Numbered from the stretch's first letter, positions 11,670-23,161 are shown. The stretch is 63,983 nucleotides of DNA from Eledone cirrhosa (GCA_964016885.1 OZ024740.1:61566018-61630000); one strand, 5' to 3'. Numbers and translations are program-made. Notes: generated from the letters alone by a model not told the origin.

Positions 11670-13954
11670 CACAAGACAGGGAGGAGAAACCGATAGTAAT
11701 AAAAATTATCAATCTTACTAGTGCAGAACCAACACCCAACCTTATCAACTTACTCTCCAAAGGTCTTAAATTCACACCGACCCCACTACGTCCTAACTAC
11801 TATGAAATGAAGGAAGACATCACAGACTTCTGTAGAAAGTTACGACTTAGTGAACAACTATTCGACCAGTACAATGAGGATGAATCATTAGCCAGAAATA
11901 GAAGCAATTACACCCCTTCAAAAGGTAGAAATAAAATCCTGGACGAATTCTGTGAACACATTACAAACTTCCCTTACCAACACTTGCACAGACAAAAACA
12001 CAAGCCAAACCTCAACAAGAAAGAATGGGAAGAATTAAATAGATTAAAAACCGACAGAACCATTACAATTAAAGAGGCTGATAAAGGGAGTACAGTAGTC
12101 TTAATGGAGACAGAATTCTATATCAACTTAGCGCTCTCCACTTTGGAAAACGAAACATACTACGAAAAGGCTGAACACTACAATCAACAGAAAATTATGA
12201 GAAACCTAAAAACTCTAATCAACCAATACAAAGAAGGACTCACTAACAAGGAATTCAGCTTCATCACAGACTTCACAAGTAAATCCAGCCTTTTCTACGG
12301 TATCCCTAAAGTACATAAAAGCGAATCAATAAGTAAGGCATGCAAGGAAGCCACAGACATAGTCATCAATGTCCCCTCACCCAATGATCTCAAATTAAGA
12401 CCTATAATAGCAGGCCCCGCTTGCGAAACGCACCGTCTTAGCAACTTCATTGATACTCTTCTCAAACCCTTCCTCAAGCACATCAAAAGCTATATAAGGG
12501 ACGACCTAAATATGCTCAATCACCTCCCTAATATGCCACTTTCTGAACAAACCCTACTAGTGACGTTCGATGTAGTCAACCTATACCCCAACATCCCCCA
12601 CAACCTAGGAATAGAAGCTATCCAATTCTGGCTGGATAATTTCCACAATGAACTCCCACAACGCATCAAAAAAGAATTCGTGATAGAGGGACTCAAATTT
12701 ATCTTGGAGAACAATTACTTCGTTTTCAATAACAAACCCTACAGGCAGAAATCTGGGACCGCTATGGGAATGAAAACAGCCCCCACTTATGCCAACCTAA
12801 TCATGGGATACCTGGAAATCACCCTCTACACTAAAGTCCTAAACAAATTTGGAAACACCCTCCACTTACACATTGAAAGGAACTGGAAGCGATATCTAGA
12901 TGACTGCTTCATCCTTTGGCACGAAAACATCGAAAAACTTAAAGAATTTCACACCCTTATAAATGGGCTCAACACAAATATTAACTTCACGATGGAATAC
13001 AGCCATCAACAACTCCCCTTCCTCGACGTCCTCATTAAGATCCATAACAAAAAAATAGAAACAGACATATACTACAAGCCCACAGACTCCAAGCAATATC
13101 TCCCCTTCAACTCTTGCCACCCTAGACACGTTAAAATTAATATTCCCTACAACTTAGCCAAGAGAATCTGTACTATAGTCTCCAATAAAAACATCTGCTA
13201 CTTACGGCTACAAGAACTAAAGGACACACTCATAGGCAGGGACTACCCTGCATCACTAATTGACAATGGAATCCAACGTGCCCTAAAACTCAGTACCCAG
13301 GACCTTAGACACCCTAAAGTAAATCAACCAAAACTAAAAGCTCTTCCATACATCTCCACACACAACCCCCTCAACAATGAGGCATTTGACACCATCCTCC
13401 AGAACATCACTGTATTGAAAAAGGACCATAGAATGAACCAAATTCTACGAACACACGATATCATAAAGAGCAAAAGACAATCCAAGTCAATGAAAAACAT
13501 CTTAACACATACCAAAGTACTGCCAACCACAACAACGAAACCCACAGTAAAAAAATGCGATAGACCCAATTGTGGCATTTGCATCAACCTAATAGAGGGT
13601 TCGGAATTCTATTTCAAAGATGGACAACGTTTTATAGTAAAACACAATTTCACATGTGCATCGGAAAATCTAATATATGTATTAACTTGTTCAGGTTGTC
13701 GAGAACAATACATAGGCCAGACCAAAAACAGCCTCCGCCAACGCATGACTGTCCATAGATCCCAAATCAAAATACGGGAATACAGGAAAATACCACTGAG
13801 TGAACACATTGATACCTGTGCCGCCCAAAATCATCCCAACTTCAGAATCTTTCCCCTCTACAAATTTAAAGATAATGCCACCCACACCCAGCGCATCAGC
13901 AAGGAATCTTACTTCATTAACAAATACGGACCCCGTCTAAACACTTCTCCCTAA
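11600..13954 (+). CDS. Penelope-like reverse transcriptase-GIY-YIG endonuclease; frame open from 11600, first ATG at 11807
   Basis: IINLT...[12 protein letters not shown] (upstream of the first Met), [57 protein letters not shown]; CDRPNCGIC zinc-finger linker (Neptune feature); NLIYVLTC...YIGQT...R..H...E GIY-YIG. No internal stops. Confidence 0.95.
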   Translation, partial: HQQTTPLPQPFFRHSTQIQANKITQDREEKPIVIKIINLTSAEPTPNLINLLSKGLKFTPTPLRPNYYEMKEDITDFCRKLRLSEQLFDQYNEDESLARNRSNYTPSKGRNKILDEFCEHITNFPYQHLHRQKHKPNLNKKEWEELNRLKTDRTITIKEADKGSTVVLMETEFYINLALSTLENETYYEKAEHYNQQKIMRNLKTLINQYKEGLTNKEFSFITDFTSKSSLFYGIPKVHKSESISKACKEATDIVINVPSPNDLKLRPIIAGPACETHRLSNFIDTLLKPFLKHIKSYIRDDLNMLNHLPNMPLSEQTLLVTFDVVNLYPNIPHNLGIEAIQFWLDNFHNELPQRIKKEFVIEGLKFILENNYFVFNNKPYRQKSGTAMGMKTAPTYANLIMGYLEITLYTKVLNKFGNTLHLHIERNWKRYLDDCFILWHENIEKLKEFHTLINGLNTNINFTMEYSHQQLPFLDVLIKIHNKKIETDIYYKPTDSKQYLPFNSCHPRHVKINIPYNLAKRICTIVSNKNICYLRLQELKDTLIGRDYPASLIDNGIQRALKLSTQDLRHPKVNQPKLKALPYISTHNPLNNEAFDTILQNITVLKKDHRMNQILRTHDIIKSKRQSKSMKNILTHTKVLPTTTTKPTVKKCDRPNCGICINLIEGSEFYFKDGQRFIVKHNFTCASENLIYVLTCSGCREQYIGQTKNSLRQRMTVHRSQIKIREYRKIPLSEHIDTCAAQNHPNFRIFPLYKFKDNATHTQRISKESYFINKYGPRLNTSP

Positions 13955-14076
13955 GACGAACCCACAACATACACACGTCAACATACATACCTACATCAGC
14001 ACACATCTCTACCCACATATAAACACAATGACATACGTAAACACACATGCTCTATGGTGCAACACAAAAAAATATA

Positions 14077-14158
<82 letters not shown>

Positions 14159-14171
14159 TATATGCACATGA

Positions 14172-14627
14172 TGTGTGTGTGTGTGTGTGTGTGTAGTAGT
14201 AGTAGTAGTAGTAAGGTGTTCGATGTTGTGATAATGGTTAGCAGGGATGTGTGTCAAATGGCTATTAAGATAAGTGTGTGTGTGTGTGTATAGCAGAGTA
14301 ATTCGTGCTGGCAGGGATGGTCAGTAAGAATGTGTCTGAAAGCAATGGGGGGTATTTTAGCATGTCAAAAGATATTTTTCAGCTTTTGTCTTATACGGAG
14401 AAGTGCGTGTGTGTGTGTGTGTATATATAAGTCTCTTTGTATGTTGATGTATGTGTGTGTGTATATATATGTGTGTGTGTGTGGGGGGGGACCAGTATTT
14501 TTTTCCCCCTGGTAAAATGGTGTACATTATTCGATTTTTTCAGTAAAATCGGTTCTCTTTCAAAAATCTTAACAATAAAAGGTGTGAAATGATATTCACT
14601 ATATATATATACACACACATATATACA

Positions 14628-14699
<72 letters not shown>

Positions 14700-15139
14700 T
14701 GTATATATGTGTGTGTATATATATATAGTGAATATCATTTCACACCTTTTATTGTTAAGATTTTTGAAAGAGAACCGATTTTACTGAAAAAATCGAATAA
14801 TGTACACCATTTTACCAGGGGGAAAAAAATACTGGTCCCCCCCCCCCCCCCACACACACATATATATACACACACACATACATCAACATACAAAGAGACT
14901 TATATATACACACACACACACACGCACTTCTCCGTATAAGACAAAAGCTGAAAAATATCTTTTGACATGCTAAAATACCCCCCATTGCTTTCAGACACAT
15001 TCTTACTGACCATCCCTGCCAGCACGAATTACTCTGCTATACACACACACACACACTTATCTTAATAGCCATTTGACACACATCCCTGCTAACCATTATC
15101 ACAACATCGAACACCTTACTACTACTACTACTACTACTA

Positions 15140-15165
<26 letters not shown>
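14172..15165. repeat. ~470-bp-arm palindrome inside the PLE 3' UTR, centred on (TA)n at ~14665
   Basis: 14172-14632 is the reverse complement of about 14697-15165. Confidence 0.9.
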
Positions 15166-15188
<23 letters not shown>

Positions 15189-15513
15189 CACACACACACA
15201 CACACATATTTGTTGTGAAAGAGTCATTTCTCAATCTTGGCGCAAAACCAATTTTTTATTCACATGACCTCTACCGACCAATCAAAATTGTTTTGACCAC
15301 AATAATTTTTGCTGGAGCCACTTTTTTAACATAAAAACAGTCTTGGCGCAAAATCAATTCTTTACATTCACATGACCTCTACCGACCAATCAAAATTGTT
15401 TTGACCACAAGAATTTTTGCAAATTGGAGCCACTTTTTTAACATAAAAACAGGTAGAATTCCCAAAACTAATCAGATCAGAGCAAACAGCACGGACACTC
15501 TATCTCAAAATTA

Positions 15514-15550
15514 TTTCTGAAAAGCATTTAGAAATGCGCAACCGGTAAAA
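15514..15550 (+). ncRNA. Variant minimal hammerhead-like motif in the PLE pseudo-LTR (identical inverted copy at 9641-9677)
   Basis: UUU-CUGAAAA-GCAUUU-AG-AAAUGC-GCAA-CCGG-UA-AAA has hammerhead topology with palindromic stem III ACCGGU, but two core changes (G8>A, A13>C). Confidence 0.55.
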
Positions 15551-15842
15551 ACTTAAAAACTTGAAACCACAACTGAATACTAACCCATACAATCACTAAT
15601 ACTCTTTTATTCCTAATTAAACCATTTTTCAACTGTGAACAATTTGTCAGCATTTTCTATTCCGTTTACCAATATATAATAACTTGTGTGTTACACCTCT
15701 ATTCTTTTAACTATATATATATATATATAAGTTGAAAAAAATGAAAACGAAATTTCATTTCTCACTCTTAGTATGGCACTTACTTAAATGTAAGTATGTA
15801 TGTATACGTACATACATATATGTATACAGACGTACAGTAGCA

Positions 15843-15912
<70 letters not shown>

Positions 15913-16019
15913 CAGGTACACATACATATATGCACGCATCAGTTTAGCGGACGCTTATTATAACGCCGCTTTGTTCGTTTGTCAACAAACTGAACAGCCT
16001 GAATTTATGCCATACGGTG

Positions 16020-16089
<70 letters not shown>

Positions 16090-16176
16090 CACCATCACCA
16101 CTAATTGATTTGACAGATGTCTTTAACCCATTGATACCAAACAATTATTTGGTCAGTAGTTCGTGTGTATGTGTAA

Positions 16177-16220
<44 letters not shown>

Positions 16221-16567
16221 TTGTGTGTGTATGTCTAGATATGTATGTTTGCATGCATGAATGAATACACTAAGCTTTAGATTTAGTAGAATGTACAACC
16301 ATTGATTCCAGCTAATTGCACTATCATATATTTTGGTTTCTATTAATTCCTTGGGGAATTGGTTGACCAAATGCTTTGCTTAATTGTTTTATATATTTTT
16401 TAAAAAGTGTTATTCCTTGTCTTAGACTTCAGTTATTTTTTGAAAGCAAAGCATTGGCCCCTAAAATACTACAGTGAGCCCTGCAATGCTACTGTGGCCT
16501 TGCAATGTCACCGTGGGCTCCCTGGGGTCACTCGCCATTGGGAAACCTGACAACCTGGCCAGTCTAT

Positions 16568-16630
<63 letters not shown>

Positions 16631-16634
<4 letters not shown>

Positions 16635-17085
16635 ACGAAGGGTATTAGCATTGCTTGCTAGATGAAATAACAAGAATAGCTGATTTACTTTATATATGAA
16701 AAGGTTAACTTCACCTCAGTCAAAAATAACAACAACCAAGTTACCACGAGTGGCAAAGGTTGACGATGTTATTTTGTTGTTGCTTCATGAGGCTGGTGTT
16801 GTCTGAGACCAGGAGAGAGAGAGAGTAATAGTTTGTGGTTGTCTGTAGACCTCAGCGGCCTGTAGGTAGCGGTGAACTTTTCACATAGCTATTCACTAGC
16901 GTACTGCACCGATCTCCCTGTGTGTTAGACGTGGGATGATACAGGCTTTTTATACCTGTCGCTTTCTGTCTCCCGCCTCGAGGGATCGCCCACGCATGAA
17001 CTTGTTCACGCCGAAAAGGATGGTGACCTAGAATTTTACTTTTAGGTGTCACCCAGGGTTCAAGGCGTGGACAGACTTCGCTACA
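16631..17085 (-). mobile_element. Solo LTR (455 bp)
   Basis: Starts TGTAACGAAG and ends CTTCGCTACA (9/10 inverted match, TG...CA); minus-strand GGTATAAAAAGCC at 16944-16956; no internal region. Confidence 0.7.
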
Positions 17086-17095
17086 CACACACACG

Positions 17096-17225
<130 letters not shown>

Positions 17226-17418
17226 AAAGTTAAAGAAGGTTCAATGAATAAATCAAAGAATGAGTTTTACAATAGATTGGAAGCACTCAACTGTTATGGT
17301 TTTCCAGAGTTATTAATATTAATTCAAAATATTAACAAAATAGATATTCAGTACCTCTGAAATATGTATAATAAAATATACTTGATCACAAGAATATCTA
17401 TTTTGTTAATATTTTGAA

Positions 17419-17481
<63 letters not shown>

Positions 17482-17483
<2 letters not shown>

Positions 17484-18322
17484 CGGAAAAATTTGAACAG
17501 GAACAAAACAGAGAGGCAGTACAACGAATGTTTATTAATTTCACGCTCTGGAGAGTGGGGTGGTGGTGGGGAACGACGTTTCGGGCATAAGCCCTTCCTC
17601 AGGTGAGAAGTGTGTGGGAACAGAGTTCAAAGGGTAATGCGTGGAAGGAAAGACCAAGTGTGGGAAGGTGTGGGCATAGGTTAAGTTTAACGTCCTCGAA
17701 AATGAAACTAGGTTTTCTGACAAGTGAATGTTTTTTTGTTTTTTTTTCTACAATGAAATTTACGATACACTCTTTGTTTATTTACAACAGGTCTCTATAG
17801 TGATATGGTGTTAATTAGTATTGCGTGTGTGATTATTTTCTCTTATATATATATGTGTGGGTGTGTATATGTGTGTCTGTATGTATATATATATGTGTGT
17901 TTGTATATATATATGTGTTTGTGTCATCATCATCGTTTAGATGTTTTTGTAATACCTTGCCAAAGTTGGCACCAACTATAAACAAATTAAGGCCGGGTCA
18001 TAAGAAGGACAGAGAATGATAAGGGATTTGGGTAAAAACATGTAAACGATGATGATGACACAAACACATATATATATACAAACACACATATATATATACA
18101 TACAGACACACATATATATACACACATATACACACCCACACATATATATATAAGAGAAAATAATCACACACGCAATACTAATTAACACCATATCACGAAA
18201 GAGACCTGTTGTAAATAAACAAAGAGTGTATCGTAAATTTCATTGTAAAAAAAACAAACAAACACATTCACTTGTCAGAAAACCTAGTTTCATTTTCGAG
18301 GACGTTAAACTTAACCTATGCC
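17482..18322 (-). mobile_element. Penelope-like pseudo-LTR remnant with inverted partial duplicate
   Basis: Inverted arms 17673-17948 and 18034-18322; minus-strand hammerhead followed by AATAAA; flanked by (TA)n. Confidence 0.65.
17573..17604 (-). ncRNA. Minimal type I hammerhead ribozyme (PLE-type)
   Basis: CUGAGGA-A-GGGC-UUAU-GCCC-GAAA-CG-UC: canonical core, 4-bp stem II, palindromic ACGU stem III, GUC cleavage triplet; stem I has only 2 bp. Confidence 0.7.
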
Positions 18323-18326
18323 GAAG

Positions 18327-18366
<40 letters not shown>

Positions 18367-18669
18367 CAAGTGACAAACGAAATATGAAACTTGAAATCCT
18401 TTTATTAACGTCTAAGCACGTTTCAATTTTAATCTTAACAGGTAACACTAAAATACCCTCAGGACATCAATGTATGATTTGCAGAATATAAGTCCCAAAT
18501 AAAAAACAAGAAGTTATAGTTAATAGAGTAAAGAGTTTTTCCACAGAGACGCATATGCAAAGCGATTGATTATTTGTGCAAAATAAAGCTTTGAGTTTTT
18601 TTTTTCAACCATCATGCGATTAATTAAAAACGATGCTTGAAAAAAAATCACGCTCGTCAGACCGGTGCT

Positions 18670-18908
18670 TATCTCAGCTTCCGAAGCGTTAAGCGACTGA
18701 TAGTACAAGATTCCTCCCTGGAAAGGACGTCAGTCCATGGAAGGGTTAATCCCCCAGTTACTATTGGTACTCATTTTCAGCTGAATATACTGAAGCAACG
18801 TGAAATGAAGTGTTTTGCTCAAGAACACAACACACAACGCAGTCCAGGAATCGAACCTACGATAATATGATCATAAGTCCAACACACCACTAGGACACTA
18901 ATTGCCTC
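18670..18908 (-). mobile_element. Degenerate tRNA-derived SINE
   Basis: Minus-strand head GGAGGC...TAGTGG...GGTTCGATTCC (A/B boxes); body TGTTCTTGAGCAAAACACTTCATTTCAC resembles 22540-22925. Confidence 0.7.
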
Positions 18909-21900
18909 CTGATACTAATACATTTTGTTTATATTTGAAACAAGTTATCTACGACAGCTCCTTTCTTAAACCTGTCCTGAATGTCACTAAGCATGCATTT
19001 TTGTTTATATGCTAGTACACTCCTCATACATTAGTAAGCATTTATTTATTTGTGTTTATTGATTTCTCGCTATTAATAAAAGGTGGGCGCTTGTATGTAA
19101 GTGACTCTTCGTATAAATAATATATATACGTGAATGGTGATACATTTGTATATGTTTGTGTGTCCTTGTGTCAGTCACTAAGGCAACAGCTCAAACGAAT
19201 TGGTAACACGTACGTCTATTCCCTTTCTCTCTCATTTCCTTTTCTCGCACTTTCTACAACGTTGCGAAATATTTTATTTTGTATTTCCATTTTTAATCCA
19301 TGACTGAATGTATCTTGCTGCTGGATCTGTTATATCAGAAATAATCGGTAACTAAACTATCGAATTTATTCTCTTTTTAAATTTTCAGATAAACTAGTTA
19401 TATATTTCATATACATGCACACACAGGTGAAAATGAAGAGTGAAACTTCGGATGTTTAGAATATCTACATATATTTTTATTCGACTATTTCATAATTATC
19501 AGTGTATATCGATGGCTATTTTTCTCTATAGAATAATAATAATTATCATGTGATAGGATTTTATGAAACTCATGCCTGTCCCAAAGAGATTAATTACGCT
19601 TGTAAAATTAAATTGGCTACAACTTTATTATCGATAAACTATATTTTCTGAGACATTTAGTGGAGCTAAGCTGCTGGTACGAACTTCTTGTCTCATTCAC
19701 TGAGTTATCAAGTGCTGCCTGTGAGGGTGCTTGGCTATTTCCGCGTCTTGGCCACGCTATCACTTGCGATAATGCTACGTGTGAGTTGGCTTGCCTCAAA
19801 AATTATTTGAGAGATGCTTCGGTGCACCTTGTTACGGTGTGTGATTATGTGTGCGGGTCTTTTCAACAAACCTTTTTTTTTACATTTGACAATCATCGTT
19901 TTTTCTTTTTCTTGTTTATTTTTCGAACACACACACACACGCACATATATATATATATATATATAATTTTATTTCCATTATATACTGCGTTGTAAACTCT
20001 CGACGTGAGGTTAACGTTTTTCCGCAGAGTGCTCGCCATTCCGTATTTTCTAACTTCTATTTACCAATCCCCGACTCAACAACTTTTGTCCCAACAAAAA
20101 TTAGTAACAGTATGGCTCTTAAAAGTTTATTTATTATTTTTTCCCCTAACTTATATATTTTCATTGGTAAATAAGGAGAGGTTTATACAAATAAACTGAC
20201 CAAATGAATCAGAAAGAAGAAACGAAATGATTGGAAAGATATGCGTTTCGAGTTACTCTCTACAACAGGGCGTGTTGGTTTCTGAAAATAAATGTTAAGG
20301 CAAGTCAGTGCATTAGTAGGTGATAATAATGAAAAAACTCTGGAATACCAAAGCACCCTACGAACATCACTAGTAAGGCGAACAACCATTGAAGACAAAA
20401 AACTTCGTTGTCAACGCCCGAGATTCCCAGAACATCTGAAATGTCAGAGGTTGAGAAACATAATTTACCGATAAATCACGATATTTCAGTAGTTTATTCT
20501 GTTTGGTTTTGGATGCAGCTACTTCAAAGTTAACAGTAAGGCTCTTAAAAGTTTTCCAAAGTTTCTTCATAATGTTAATATTTCATTGATTTGTTTGTGA
20601 GGAATTATTTTATCCTACCGTTTATCACTCCTTTGTATCCAGTACTTTTTGGTCTTAATTATTTAAAGCTATTATGCAACACAAGAAAGAGATGGCGACC
20701 CATGATATTCTACCTTGTTGGGAGCAGATTATATTTCATGATAAATGATATCCTGTTTCGAAAACAAACAAAAGAAGAAAATCGAACGTTTCCATTATAT
20801 CACTAATTTCTCACCATCCTCAAAACGTCTACAGCAGGCGCAAGGAATCTTTTTTCAATCCGAAGAGTCATTTTTGGTTTTGAACATTGAGACATGGATT
20901 ACTCAATGTAATATTTTATATTTTGAATCTTTTAAATTCTTTCAACGTACGGATAATAAGTTGTGGCATTTATTTTGAAAAAGATTGCAGATTTAGTGAA
21001 ATAAAATAAACATTTTTGAGCACCCAAGAGCCACTCGAGAAAGGCTAAAGAGTCGCATGTTCCTAGTATCTGGTCTATAGTTACAGAAAGGAGGAAATGT
21101 TAGATGATGTTTTTTGAGACGTGTAATTGTCGTCTGCTCCCGGAGGGTTGAATAGCCATATTTGTTTTTGTTAGCTGTATTTTAGATTCACTGTATTTGA
21201 AGTCTGTCGAATTCTTGACATTTCCATCCAACTAATTCTTGTTTTTTGTCATCGTCTCTTCTCATACATTTTGTTTTTTTATTAGTAGTCTCTGTAAACC
21301 ATTTTTCTTCTAATTAATGACTAAAATGTTTTGTAAATTGTGTCGTATTTTACGTGAGGGTTAAATTTTTACTTTCTTTTCCAGCTTTTAAATCATGAAC
21401 CATATACATACAATCACATTAAACATACATCTGATTTTATTGGAAAGACTTCTTCCAAAATTGGTCTTCAAGATGACAACGAAACATGTTTCCACCAACA
21501 TTTCATTTTCAGAAGTCCTATTGCAGTTTGCCTCCTTTTTTTTTTTACTGTTTAATAAAATAAGGAACTATAGGGTCCGTGATCCTTTTCACTGCACCCG
21601 AGACTTAGGTTTATGGATAATTTCATCCCTCCTACTGAGTCCTGGCCTGAATGCTTGCAACAGAGTGGACTCTGCTAAAGGTACTCAATGACTAGGTGGT
21701 AGTGTATAATTAGGTAACAGATTAAGTCAAACCACCCATGAGTTGACTTAGAATAATGAGGTATAAATCTTAGTACATTTCTATATAAGTTTATAAATTT
21801 TTCTGTCATATAAATATAGACATTAAGAATTGTAAAAGAAATGTAGCCATCCAGGGGGAATTAATAGTGTTGGATGTGATACTTTCAGAGCAGATGCTAC

Positions 21901-22539
21901 CAATAAACCCAACTAAGCTGAGGTGCGTTAATGAATCTTAATGGATTACCGTCTCATACAAATTTGTATAATTAACTTGAATATATTGTAATTTCCTGTG
22001 ATATTGTTATATTTGGGGAGGGTCATGTTGTCTTAATATTGCCAGAAAAAATAGTAAAACACACTCACTGTTTGCTTTCGTTTTCGCTTCAGTATATTTT
22101 TATATTTCTACAAATAATTTAGCTGACAATCAATGTTTATCATTGATTGACCAACAGTTAAAAATATAAATGGAATATATAAATCACTAAACATCATTGC
22201 TGCATAGCAACATTGTGGAAATATACAAAGTGGTGGTGAGGGTTATATGTTATGATCAGTCACATGATTAGGTGTAGTAATTTTCAGTCACATGATTAGG
22301 TGTAGTAATTTTCTTAGTGTTATTACAAGCAAGAAGTGTCAAAATCTTGCATTGTCAGCTTGCCAACTTGTCATATTAAATTATTATTTGGAAGAATGGG
22401 GCACATGACTGGAAGAAAGGCTAACCTATGGCACTAAATACTGAGGTATTGGCCCTGGATGTCTTACATGATTTCTTTTGGCCCTTTGTGTTCTGATATA
22501 TATATATATATATATAATATATAATATATATATATATAT

Positions 22540-22925
22540 GGAGGCACATGGCTTAGTGGTTAGAGCATTGGCCTTGCAATCGAAAGGTTGTGAGTTCAAT
22601 TCTCAGACCGGGTGATGTGTTGTTTCCTTGAGCAAGGCACTTTATTTCACATTGCTCCAGTTTACTCAGCTGTAGAAATGAGATGATAGGACTGGGGTCG
22701 CTATCATTCCACTGCAAAATAGTCGTGCAGGTGCCACGGCAAAAAAGCACCCAGCCCACTGTAAAGTGGTCGTGTAGGTGCCACAGAAAAAAATGCACCC
22801 AGCGCTCACTGTAAATGAGGTTGGTGTTAGGAAGGGCATCCAGCTGTAGAAATCAAGCCAGAATCAGTTCCCGTCCCACCCTTACAAGCAGGGAAAAAGC
22901 GGACGTAAAATGAAATGATGATGAT
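22540..22925 (+). mobile_element. Full-length tRNA-derived SINE with RTE-derived 3' half
   Basis: A box TGGCTTAGTGG, B box GAGTTCAATTC; 3' half matches the RTE 3' UTR at 54015-54175; (GAT)n tail. Confidence 0.85.
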
Positions 22926-22931
22926 ATATAT

Positions 22932-23115
22932 AGTTATACTTGGGGAGGGTCATATTGTTGTAATAATATTGCCAGAATTAATAACAGAACACACTGTTTG
23001 GTGGTTTTCGCTTCTGTATTTTTTATAGTGTTCTGTTATTAATTCTGGCAATATTATTACAACAATATGACCCTCCCCAAGTATAACAATATTTGTTTCG
23101 ACACACGATTTCATA
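22932..23115. mobile_element. Small foldback element (single-arm relative at ~22006-22100)
   Basis: ~60-bp perfect inverted arms GTTATACTTGGGGAGGGTC...AGAACAC (22932-22991, 23028-23087). Confidence 0.7.
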
Positions 23116-23130
23116 TAAAAAACCTTGCAA

Positions 23131-23157
<27 letters not shown>

Positions 23158-23161
<4 letters not shown>

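Larger units (their letters stand above)
9519..15672 (+). mobile_element. Penelope-like retroelement (Neptune-type), 5'-truncated, with an inverted copy of its 3' region/pseudo-LTR at the 5' end
   Basis: 9519-10822 is the reverse complement of the ORF2 end plus 3' UTR (about 13850-14090 and 14690-15672); RT plus C-terminal GIY-YIG ORF; both outer ends abut TA repeats. Confidence 0.93.

Noticed and set aside
19617-21691. Short ORFs in the unique region as host CDS
   Set aside because: No recognisable domains or consistent exon chain; kept only as a candidate promoter/UTR region.
22540-22612. tRNA gene-like sequence (also the heads of family-B SINEs)
   Set aside because: A/B boxes are present but there is no proper cloverleaf, and the sequence continues into a SINE body.
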